Of a stretch of DNA of 64,000 nt, positions 1-11,215 are shown one piece after another; position 1 is the first letter of the stretch, and each line of letters begins with the position of its first letter. The DNA is from Heterodontus francisci (lineage: Eukaryota): assembly GCF_036365525.1 (NCBI RefSeq), contig NC_090374.1, positions 121,589,191-121,653,190 of the forward strand, written 5' to 3'. Below the pieces are notes generated by a model. The model saw nothing but the letters and a program-made list of their open reading frames with translations. It did no database searches and was not told the DNA's origin. The translations under genes were made by a program, and so were the position numbers.

Positions 1-490
1 CCACAGCTCCAACAATTTGCTCAGTACCACTACCCCAGTGATTGTAATTTTCTTGAGTTCCTCCCTCCCTTCCATTTCCTGATATACAGCTATTTCTGGG
101 ATGTTACTTGTATCCTCTATCGTGAAGACTGATGTAAAATACCTGTTCAATTCATCCTTATTTTCCCTTATTCATTCCCCAGACTCACTTTCTATAGGAC
201 TGCGCTCACTTTGTTAACTCTCTTGTAAATATCTATAGAAACTCTTACTATCTGTCTTTATATTTATAGCCAGCTTTCTCTCATACTCTAATTTTTCCCT
301 CCGTATTAATCTTTTAGTCATTCTTTGTTTTTTAGATTCTGTCCAATCTTCTGACCTGCCTCCCACCTTTGTGCAATTATATGCTTTTTCTTTAAGTTTG
401 ATACTATCTTTAAATTATTTAATTAACCACGGGTGGTGGATTATCCCTTTGGAATTTTTCTTTCTAATTGGAATGTATTTATTCTGTGTA
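1..490 (-). mobile_element. Degenerate CR1 LINE fragment (ORF2 region), cut by the window edge
   Basis: Resembles the other minus-strand CR1 copies in the window (e.g. 57700-58200); no intact ORF. Confidence 0.6.
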
Positions 491-496
491 TTCTGA

Positions 497-2190
497 TAGA
501 TAGAGCTAAGCGATCCCAGAAGCAATGGATCAGATCAAAGCTCTGCAGTCCTGCCACATCCAGTCATGAATGGTGGTGGACAATTAAACAACTAACAGGG
601 GGAGGAGGCTCCACAAATATTCCCACCCTCAACAATGGAGGAGCCCAGCAATTCAGTGCAAAAGACAAGGCTGAAACATTTGCAACCATCTTCAGCCAGA
701 AGTGCCAAGTGGATGATCCATCTTGGCCTCCTCTTGCATCACAGATGCCAGTCTTCAGCCAATTCAGTTCACTCTCGTTGATATCAAGAAATGGCTGAAG
801 GCACCGGATGCAGCAAAGGCTATGGGCCCTGACAATATACTGGCTGTAGGACTGAAGACTTGTGCTCCAGAACTGGCTATGCCCGTATCCAAGCTGTTCC
901 ATAACAGCTACAACACTGGCATCTATCTGACAATGTGGAAAATTGCCCAGATATGTCCTGTCCGCAAAAAGCAGGATAAATTCAATTTGACCAATTACTC
1001 AATCATTAGCTAAGTGATGAAAGATGTAATCGACAGTGCTATCAAGCAGCCCTTACACAACAATAACCTGCTCACCGATGCTCAGTTTGGGTTCCACCAG
1101 GGCCACTTGACTCCAGACCTCATTACAGCTTTGGTCCAAACATGGACAAACAGCTGAATTCAAGAGGAGAGGTGAGAGCGACTCCCTTTGCCATCAAGGC
1201 AGCATTTGACCAAGTGTAGCATCAAGGAGCCCTAGCAAAATTGAAGTCAATGGGAAAAGGGGAAAACTCTCCACTGGTTACAGTTATAACTAGCACAAAG
1301 GAAGATGGTTGTGGTTATTGGAGGCCAATCATCTCAGTCCCAGGACATCACTTCATCATAAGGTTAGAAATGGGGATGTTCATTGATGTTTGTACAATGT
1401 TCAGCACCATTCGCGACTCCTCAGATACTGAAGCAGTCTGTGCCCGCATGCAGCAAGACTTGAACAATGTTCAGGCTTGGGCTGATAAGTGGCAAGTAAC
1501 ACTCGTGCACACAAGTATCAGGCAATGACTATCTCCAACAAGTAAGAATCTAACCATTTCCTCTTGACATTCTGGAGGTCACCATTGCCATGTAAATACT
1601 GTGGCTACAAGGGCAGGTCAGGGCTGGGAATTCTGTATTGAGTAACTTACCACCTGGCTCCCCAAAGCCTGTCCACTATCTACAAGGCACAAGTCAGAAG
1701 TGTGATGGAATACGCTCCACTTGCCTGGATGGGTGCAGCTCCAACAACACTCAAGAAGCTTGACACCATCCAGGACAAAGCAGCCCACTTGATCTGCACC
1801 CCATTCACCACTTTAAACATTCACTCCCTCCACCACTGGCGCATAGTGGTAGCAGTGTGTACCATCTGCAAGATGCACTACCATAACTTGTCAAGCCTCC
1901 TTCGACAGCACCTTCCAAACCCGCGATCTCTACCACCTAGGACAAGGGCAGCAGATGTATGGGAACACCACCATCTGCAAGTTCCCCTCCCAGCCACACA
2001 CCATTCTGACTTGGAACTATATCGCCTTTCCTCCACTGTTGGGTCAAAATCCTGGAACTCGCTTCCTACCCCAAATGGACTGCAGAGGTTCAAGAAGCCA
2101 GCTCAAGCCACCACCTTCTCAAGGACAATTAGGGATGGGCAATAAATGCTAGCCTAGCCAGCAATGCCCACATGCCGTGAAAGAATAAAA
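497..2190 (+). mobile_element. LINE-A copy (CR1-group APE-RT LINE), 5'-truncated with internal deletions
   Basis: ORF pieces KAMGPDNIL..KTCAPELA and MMEYAPLAWMGAAPTTLKKLDTIQDKAA; family tail ..caattagggatgggcaataaatgct..gcccacat..gaataaaa. Confidence 0.9.
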
Positions 2191-2305
2191 ACACACAATT
2201 AGCTGTATAACTTCAAATGTTGAATAAATACAAGTGGGGAACACACCCAAATTGTTCCTTCCGTTCACTGGCCCATCACATACTCTTGTATTTCACAGTT
2301 CTCGG

Positions 2306-2323
2306 CCACCGCCCTCTGGTGGG
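2306..2323 (-). promoter_or_regulatory. CTCF-like motif in the putative AOPEP promoter
   Basis: The reverse complement of accgccctctggtgg is CCACCAGAGGGCGGT, matching the CTCF core CCASYAGRKGGCRS; it sits in a locally CpG-rich patch. Confidence 0.6.
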
Positions 2324-2339
2324 ATAAAGAATCATCGCA

Positions 2340-2549
2340 GGCATTTTCCTCGACGGACGCGGAGTGATGACGCAACACAGGCGGCTTTGTTGCTGTCGGG
2401 AGCAGTGGAATGTGGAACTGGAATTTAGAATGAGAAGGTGGCGGGAGAGTGGGTTTGGCGGGACTGACCATTTCTTGGTGACAGTGCATTGCAGCGTGTT
2501 GACATTAATTTTGCATTAAGAGCTGCAGAGACAGTAGCAGTTGGATAAG
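2340..2549 (+). promoter_or_regulatory. Putative promoter / non-coding exon 1 of AOPEP
   Basis: CpG-enriched unique sequence, TGATGACGCAA (CRE/ATF-like) at ~2365, candidate donor AAG|GTCAGT at 2549/2550; the TSS cannot be placed. Confidence 0.45.
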
Positions 2550-4441
2550 GTCAGTGGCTGAGTTAACGCCAGTTTGTAGAGTAGTGTCACTTTGTGCGGG
2601 GTCCAGGGATTTTTGTATGTCAGTGGACAATGGGCAACTCAGAGTTTTGTCCTTATTACTTCTCATTTAAAATGTGAAGGAGTGGGACAGATGCTCCAAA
2701 TTCACCACTCAATTCGGAATGTTTTGTAGGAGACATTGTTAGTTACCCTTTGTTACATTCTCAGTAATTACCGTACTACTGTGTGTTTTGCACAAAAAAT
2801 TACAACTTAAGAAAAAAACAGTTTATGCATAAATGTCTACTGGAATGGGTAACAAACATTTCCGTGTCTGGAAATGTGTACGGACCACTCGTTACCACAT
2901 TGTGGCGCTGCCTGTAATTGTTTCCCTTCTGTGCTAAATTCAAGCTTACGTCGCAGAGGCACCGGAGAATAGTAATTGTGTGTTTAGGCAACTTTATTGT
3001 TTTCAGTGAAAGGTCTTGAAAACAATTAACTCGTCGAACGGCTGCCCAGATTTAAAACCAAATGCAATTATTAGAAAGTTTTCGCTAGTTGACCTCAATA
3101 TTATATGGGCCAAAATAGTTATGTTTAGAATTGCCGGCTGTTTCCTTCATCTAAGTTGCACATTTTGAAATGATGAAAGCTCTGTAGATATATAAAACAC
3201 ATTTGTAATTTAAGGCAGCTGTTGCACCATGTGGCAGAAACATGAAATATTTGCACTGTGTATTGTACAAAATGTTTCTTATTCTTCCAATTTTTTGTTA
3301 GCCATTTTATTTGCTACTTTGCGCAGTTAATTCATCGACCTTTCGGATGAATTAAATGAGTTTATGACCAGCACAGTTAAATTTTAAAGGTCATTGAAAG
3401 CATTATTTTAAAGATTCCATTAAAGGTTCCAAATGTTTTCAATTAACAGTATTTTAAATTATATGCCCTCTTTGCCAGCTAAATATAGTTTCATGTTTAT
3501 GGTATTAAAACAGTGGACTTAACATGTTTCCAGTATTACAGTGGTACAGATTTTTTCTGTACAGTTAATTTTTCCTGTCTTGTTTTAAATGTTTGTTTTA
3601 ATGTACATGCAAATAATGTACATATAAAACTTATTGCTGCTTTATTCTGCTTTTTGTTTTTCTTTTTTTTAAGTGTTTTTCATTCTCTTTGCTGCGGCTT
3701 TTGGTTCTTTTCATTATCTGTATTTCAGCCGGGAATTCTGTAAATTTAAAAAATGGAACATTTGAAGGGTGTACTTCTAGCTTTATTATACCAATAAAAT
3801 ATTCCACTGAATTCAAATTGTGACTTGATTAATATTAGTTCTTTGCTATTGCCCAAATCTCTCTCATCCCATATTATCTGATGTAACACTGTCACTCATA
3901 ACCTGCTTATTCTGACAGACAGGGTGGAGTAGAACAAACTTTTGACTAAACTTGACCTCTATTGGAAAATATAAATGTGCATATTTCTGCAGCCTGAATC
4001 TGTCTTAGCATGACATAAACCTACCTCTCCAGGTACATTTTCTGCCAGTACCAACTCCGAGGCTGTAAAGTGTAACCTCTCGGGGGATTTGCTGTCAGAT
4101 TAACCCTCACTGCAACCTCCACATTTTAATGTGTTCAAGATGTGCTTTCCTGCCCCTGCTCCCAAAACAAATGTGTCTTTTTGGAAGAATCCTGCTGAGA
4201 GTCAGCAACATAAACAACACAGTTCCATACAGTCCAACATTGTGGATTTAACCGACAAGCTCTTGTAAAAGCACTGGGACTCTGTATAAGCATTGTAATG
4301 CAGGGAAACGTAAAAGTAGAATTCTCTGCCTAGCATAACTTTACACAGCAAAGGGCAGTTTCAGAGATGACTGTCAGATTAGTTGCACAATTGGTAATTT
4401 TTTTTTGTACGCAGGTTTCAACAAAGAAAAAGCAAATAGCT

Positions 4442-4600
4442 ATGAAGATAGAAGACACAGGACCAGCTTGCAGAAGCCTGGGGTGTTTTTTTAAAAAAAA
4501 ATCAAAGCAGTACTCAAGGAATGCTTATAGCACTGGAACACTACTGCTATTTACATTTATGATTTTTGGGTTTTGTTTGACAATAACTTCCTTGTTCTAA
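4442..4600 (+). other. Candidate 52-codon uORF in the AOPEP 5'UTR
   Basis: ATG at 4442 (MKIEDTGPAC..TITSLF) and TAA at 4598-4600, two nt before the main ATG; depends on the 4415 acceptor being used. Confidence 0.4.
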
Positions 4601-4602
4601 CT

Positions 4603-5420
4603 ATGAATGAAAATACAGAGCCAGCTCTCAACCCCAATGAAGATGACCTTCCTCTCTTGGCCAATGCTGGTTACATACTTGTTAGACACTATGTGCTGGA
4701 TCTGGCAGTGAATTTTGACAGAAAAGTCATCAACGGTACCATTGTCCTCTTCCTAGAAACCAACAAATCACACGAAAAAGTATCTGACTCTGTGGGAACA
4801 GGTTTGTGCCCTTACTCACAAGCATTCTTTGAAACTGAGCAAGCTGGACCTTCATGCAATCCGACTGCAAGAGTTGCTGCTTGTGCGTCTGAAGATAAGA
4901 TAAGCAATCTATCTCACCATAGTGATGGCAGAGTTACCACTGTTAATAGTTGTAACCATAGCAACAAAAAGTGGGCTAGTGGGATTTCTGATACAAGGGA
5001 ACACTGCAGTAATGGGGAGGATTTTGTGTTGGTGCTGGATTGTTGTGATCTTGTGGTGAATAAGGTAGAAGAAGTGAATGTCATTGCTGCAGCAGGTATT
5101 GAAAAACTGATCCGAATGGACATGCCCAAGCCAGAAGATGGCATTTATTCTCAAAGACAGCAGAGTGATGTCCAGAGTAGCATCGTGGATGATATTCTAG
5201 GTTTAGAAGCAGAATGCTGGCAGGAACAGCATTATTACTACCTCCAGTGCAGTCAAGCGCCTGGCTGTGGAGAACTCCTATTCCAGACTGACATGTGGAG
5301 CTTGAAAATAAAAAAACGAGGAATACAAACTCCTAAAGACTTCCCTCGTGTACTGCGGATCTGCTATGAAACAAAGCCGGAGGGTGGTTCGGTGAGATGG
5401 ACTAAGGACCAAAGTGGCAG
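4603..5420 (+). CDS. AOPEP: Aminopeptidase O (M1 family), first coding exon (exon probably starts at 4415 after tgtacgcag)
   Basis: DDLPLLANAGYILVRHYVLDLAVNF..DFVLVLDCCDL..CSQAPGCGELLF..KPEGGSVRWTKDQSG matches the recalled human AOPEP N-terminus; ATG at 4603; donor AG|GTTGGT at 5420/5421, phase 2. Confidence 0.95.
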
Positions 5421-6159
5421 GTTGGTTACTTTTGAATACGTTATGTTTTTTGTGTGTAATCGGGTATTTTATTCTGTGACATATGGAGCTGTCAGGTGCA
5501 TTTGTTAATCAGTTATGCAAGCTGTTTATTTTAAAAATAATGTATGGAAGATGATATGTGAATGACAATTTTAACAAAGCATTTATTTTCATCAAATAAT
5601 CTTCAGGGTCTAGTTACCTTTTTTCTTTAGAACATATTTTTGTTAAGGAGCTTTCAAAATTATGATAGCTTGATTAACCCATTTGGTTACACTGATGTGC
5701 AATAGGCTTGAACATAGGGTATTTTCTATAACAGTCATCAGCAAGTACTGGTTTCAGTGGTAATTAAAGTACATAACATTGACACTTACAATATCAGTAA
5801 CAATATTAGCTTGTTTGGATGGCAGATGCGCCAAAATCTTCCATGCTTTGCTTTCTGTGCTTGTAAAAAGCTGGTGTATATAAGCGTACAATGACTTGGA
5901 GCTAATTGTAATAGAATGTTTATCAGCAAACCTTATTTAAAATCGTGGCATAGTCATTAACTATGACTGCACTCCATTTTGGGAATCCTCAATACCAGAT
6001 TTTTCTAATAACTTACAACTTGAAGCTTCATCAAGGTGAGGGATGTTAATGATAGAAAATTAAACACTTTCCATTTTGTGCAGCCGGTGTTAGTTTAGCA
6101 TGGTTGGAAGCAGAATAAAGCTCCTCGAATGTATCTCAGCCCTATCCTTAGATGAGCTC

Positions 6160-6415
6160 CCCTTTCTGCACTAGTGTAACATATTTTCCGTTTCCCACAC
6201 AGCTATTCTGTGATGACTCTGAATGAGCTTGCCAATTAAAAATGAATATGGGATGGTTTATGCGCTGGCTGCGTGCCTACCAGAAACTGGCTTCAGATTA
6301 TTCATACACATTTCACATATGGTCCTGCTATCTGGCAGCAAGAGGATGCTTTCATCCTCAGCTCCAGAGGTGAAAGACCAATGTCTAACTTGCTGCAGCA
6401 CTCAATCGTTGCAAA
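6160..6415 (-). mobile_element. Old tRNA-derived SINE, LF-SINE-like
   Basis: Minus strand has ..tctttcacctctgg.. in the head, then catatgtgaaatg..ccagtttctggtaggca, resembling the recalled LF-SINE core (ctatgtgaaatg..ccagttcctagtggaca). Confidence 0.4.
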
Positions 6416-6646
6416 ACACGATGTTTGCTATTTGTTATATGGTACTAAAATGCAAAGTTAAAAACAATGCTGCTTTACTTAATTATCTTCATTGGCCAAT
6501 CGTTGCGCTTGGATGAAAAATATTCATAATATTTTTATTGAAGTATTTGAACAGTAAGTGTATTAATTTTAGCATGTTAGCTATTTTAATCTTGCTGTGT
6601 TACTGAATATCAACTCACTACTTTTGGTTCTGGCCAATTTAGGGGA

Positions 6647-9600
6647 GGGGGAGGCGGTGGAATAGTGTTAATGTCACTAGGCTAGTAACCCAGAGCCCTG
6701 GGCTAATGCTCTGGCACATGGACTTGAATCCCACCATGGCAAATGTTGGAGTTTGAATTCAATTAATAAATCTGGAATTAAAAAGTTAGTCTAGTGGGCA
6801 TGAAACCATTGTCGATTGTTGTAAAAACCCATCTGGTTCAGTAATGTCCTTTAGGGAAGGAAATCTGCCATCCTTACCTGGTCTGGTCTACATGTGACTC
6901 CAGACCCACAGGAATGTGGTTGACTCTTAAATGCCCGCTGAAATGGCCTAGTAAGCCACTCAGTTGTATCAAACCGTTACAAAGTCAAAGAGAAGGAATG
7001 AAACTGGACAGACCACCTGGCATCGACCTTAGCAAACTCAGCCCTGTTGACCCTGCAAAGTCCTCCTTACTAATATCTGGGGGCTTGAGCCAAAATTGGG
7101 AGAGCTGCCCTGCAGACTAGTCAAGCCACAGCCTGACATATCATACTCACGTAATCATACCTTGCAGACAATATCTCAGACACCATCATCACCATCCCTG
7201 GGTATGTCCTGTCCCATTGGCAGGACAGACCCACCAAAGGTAGCGGCACTGTGGTATACAATTGGGGGGATGTTACACTGAGAGTCCTCAATATTGACTC
7301 CGGACCCCATGAAGTCTCATGGCATCAGGTCAAACATGGGCCAGAAAACCTCCTGGTGATTACCACCTATTGTCCCCCCTCAGCTGATGAATCAGTGCTT
7401 CTCCATGTTGAACACCAATTGGAAGAAACACTGAAGGTAGCAAGGGAACAAAATGTACTCTGGGTGGGGGGAACTTCAATGTCCATCACCAAGCGTTGCT
7501 CGGTAGCACCATTACTGACCGAGCTGGCTGAGTCAGGCTGCTAGACTGGATCTGCGGCAGGTGATGAAGGAATCAACAAGAGGGAAATACCCACTTGACC
7601 TCGTCCTCACCAATTTGTTTTTCCAAAAATATACTTTATTCATAAGAATTTGCAAAAAATACCTAACAGAACAGTTCAAATTTCACATTTTGGAACATGG
7701 GGTGCCTCGCAACTCTTGCCATTCAATTTTATATGCAATGTATATTTGCATTATACAGCAAAAACATTTTTGGCGCATACAGCCCGAGGGGTTTTACACT
7801 GGTTCCAGCCCCTTGGTTCACTATGGCGGGAGATCTAGCAACTCAAAACTGGGCATCCATGAGGCACTGTGGGCCATCAGCAACTGCAGAGTTGTATTCA
7901 ACCACAGTCTGTAACCTCATGGGTGGTATATCCCCCACTCTACCATTACCATCAAGCCAGGGGACCAACCCTTGTTCAATAAAGAGTGTAGGAGGGCATG
8001 CCATGAGCAGCACTATGTTTACCTAAAAATGATGTCTCAGCCTGGTGAAGCTACAACACAGGACTACTTGCATGCCAAACAGCAGAAGCAACATGCAATA
8101 GACAGGGCTAAGCAATCCCACAATCAATGGATCAGATCGAAGCTCTGCAGTCCTGCCACATTCAGTCGTGAATGGTGGTGGACAGTTAAACAATTGACAG
8201 GAGGAGGTGGCTCCACAAACATTCCCATCCTCTATGATGGGGGAACCCAGCATATCAGTGTGAAAGACAAGGCTGAAGCATTTGTATCTATCTTCATCCA
8301 GAAGTGTTAAGCGGATTATCCATCTCGGCCTCCTCCTGAGTTCCCCAGCATCACAGATGCCAGTCTTCAGCCAATGTGATTCAAGAAAAGGCACTGGATA
8401 CTGCAAAAGCTATGGGTCCTGACAACATTCCGTCAATAGTACTGAAGACTTGTGCTCCAGAACTAGCTGTGCCCCTAGCAATGCTGCACCAGTACAGCTA
8501 TAACATTGGCATCTACCTGGCAATCTGGAAATTTTCCCAGGTATGTTCTGTGCACAAAAAGCAGGACAAATCCAACCCAGCCAATTACTGCCCTCTCAGA
8601 CTACTCATGATCATCAGCAAAGTGATGGAAGGAGTCGTTGACAGTGCTATCAAGTGGCACATGTTCAGCAATAACCTGCTCACTGATGCTCAGTTTGGGT
8701 TCCGTCAGGGCCACTCAGATCCTGACCTCATTACAGCCTTGGTCCAAACATGGACAAAAGAGCTGGACTCCAGAGGTGAGGTGAAAGTGATTGCCTTGAC
8801 ATTGAGGCAGCATTTGACCGAGTATGGCATCAAGGAGCCCTAGCAAAATTGGAGTCAATGGGAATCGGGGGAAAACTCTCTGCTGGTTGGAGTCATACCT
8901 AACACAAAAGAAGGTAGTTGTGGTTGTTGTAGGTCAATCAATCATCTCAGTGCCAGGATATCACTGCAGGAGTTCCTCAGGGTAGTGTCCTAGGCCCAAC
9001 TGTCTTCAGCTGCTTTATCAAATACTTTCTCTCCATCATAAGGTCAGAAGTTGGGATGTTCGCTGATAGTGCAACGTTCAGTACTGTTCACAACTGCTCA
9101 GGTACTGAAGCAGTCCATGTCCATATGCAGCAAGATCTGGACAACATTCAAGCTTGGGCTGATAATTGGCAAGTAACATTGGTGCCACACAAGTGTCAGG
9201 CAATGACTATCTCCAACATGAGAGAATCTCACCATCTCCCCCTTGATGTTCAATGGCATTCCCATCACTAAAACCCCCATGATTAGCATCCTGGGTGTCA
9301 CCATTGACCAGAAACTGAACTGGACCAGCCACATAAATGCTGTGGCCATACGAGCATGTCAGAGGCTGGGAATTCTGTGGTGAGTATCTCACTTCCTGTC
9401 TCCCCAATGCCTGTCCACCATCCACAAGGCACAAGTCAGGAGTGTGATGGAATACTCTCCACTTGCCTGGATGAGTGCAGCTCCAGCAACACTCAAGAAG
9501 CTCGACACCATCCAGGACAAAGCAGCCCTCTTGATTGGCACACCATCTACCACCCTCAACATTCACTCTGTTCACCACAGATGCACAGTGGCAGCAGTGT

Positions 9601-9957
9601 GTACCATCTACAAGATGCACTGCAGCAACTCACCAAGGCTCCTTCGACAGCACCTTCCAAACCTGCGACGTCTATCACCTAGAAGGACAAGGGCAGCAGA
9701 TGCATGGGAACACCACCACCTACAAGTTCCCCTCCAAGTCACATGTCATCCTGACTGCGACATATGTTGCTGTTCCTCCACTGCTGCTGGGTCAAGATTC
9801 TTGAACTCCCTTCCTAACAGCACTGTTGGTGTATCTACCCCACGTGGACTGCAGCGGTTCAAGAAGGCAGCTCATCTCCACCACCTCAGGGGCAATTAGG
9901 GATGGGAAATAAAGGCTGGCCTAGTCAACGACTCCCACATCCCCCGAACAAAAAAAA
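6647..9957 (+). mobile_element. Near full-length LINE-A with tRNA/SINE head, frameshifted APE + RT and A-rich tail
   Basis: Head with box A-like tggaatagtgt (~6658) and box B-like gacttgaatcc (6721); APE fragments (TNIWGL, TYCPPSADE) and RT fragments (KAMGPDNIP, QFGFRQGHS, PQGSVLGP); family tail. Confidence 0.92.
7615..7830 (-). mobile_element. 3' end of an unrelated retroelement replacing part of LINE-A
   Basis: AT-rich block absent from the other LINE-A copies; minus strand ends ..gaataaagtatatttttggaaaaa (polyA signal plus A tail). Confidence 0.55.
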
Positions 9958-10811
9958 GGGTTATGGCCCTGACATTATATGTGTTGGTTATTTAGTTTTG
10001 AATATTTAACAGCTTAATTGTATTAGAGTATCCAAGTGTATATAGTTGTTAAAATACACTACACCCAAATTCAACTGCTTCATTACATCTATGTTCTATG
10101 ATAACTCAACACATGGTACTTGAACATTGAAGGATAAACTGACACAGATTGATGCTGCTTGGCAGTGTGCTCAGTTACATAATGAACTGCATTAGGCTAG
10201 ATTCGGGTTAATTTTGAATTCAGTGTGGCCTATTTTTCCGTCCCTTTTGGGATCAGTGATCCCTAGAGTTTGGATCAAAGTAGGTTGAGGATACTGCAGT
10301 TAACTCATTATAAATATTGCAGGTATGCTGATTTAACTGATATTGTGGATTCCTCCCAGATAATGAATGCAGAAGATCAATAATGAGGATGTGTTTTTCC
10401 ACAGCCACTGACGTGAGAAAGTTGTATCATATTAAGCATTCTATTTATACTGTGAATATACTGACAAATATTTATGTAAGATGTCACTATTCTGTTTCTC
10501 TTTATAGTCCAAAGATTATGCCAGTTTTTGTTGGCTTTAAAATTTTTATTTACTCTGTATGTGCCGATCATACCATGGGTCTATTAACTTGAACATGGTA
10601 CTGAGGCTGATCGTATTAGTAGAAATAGTCATTAAGCAAAGGTGTGCCTCAGCATCAGATTTGTAGATTTATTCAGCTTCTTCACCTCCTCAGACTAAGT
10701 AAATATTCATCTTCTTGCTGGTTAACCAAAATAATCAGCGGCTCTGTGGACTATTACACTACCCAATGTGGAATTGCGTCATCGAAAAAACGGAACAAGG
10801 AAAAGAAAGAA

Positions 10812-11215
10812 CAAACTTGCATTTAAATGGTGCCTTTCACATCCTTTCATGTCCTAAAGCATTTCACAGTCAATTAAACGTAGTTGCAATTCTTATCTAG
10901 ACAATTAAAACAATTCTGCTCAGATTATATAAATAACCAGATAATCTGTTTCCATATTATTAGTTGAAAGGTAAATGTTGGTACAGACACTTGGAGAACT
11001 CCCTTTTGTCCTTTGAATAGTGTGGTGGCTCATTGCATCCACCTGAACAAGCAGGCAGGACCTCAGGTTAACAATTCATTGGAAAGAGAACATTTCCAAC
11101 AATGCAGCTCTCACTGCGTGCTGCACTGAAGTGTCAGCTTTGATTTTGTGTTCAAGTCCTGGAAACCATAGCTGTTTAACGTGAGTGCAAGGGTGCTACC
11201 TCTTTGCCAAGCTGG
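10812..11215 (-). mobile_element. Deu-domain tRNA SINE (SacSINE1/AmnSINE1-like), old copy
   Basis: Reverse complement aligns by eye with 12960-13365, including the Deu domain and the L2-type tail. Confidence 0.65.

Noticed and set aside
4573-5508. 311-aa ORF as a single-exon gene
   Set aside because: The TTG start is an ORF-caller artefact and residues after 5420 are intron read-through; homology resumes at 16073.
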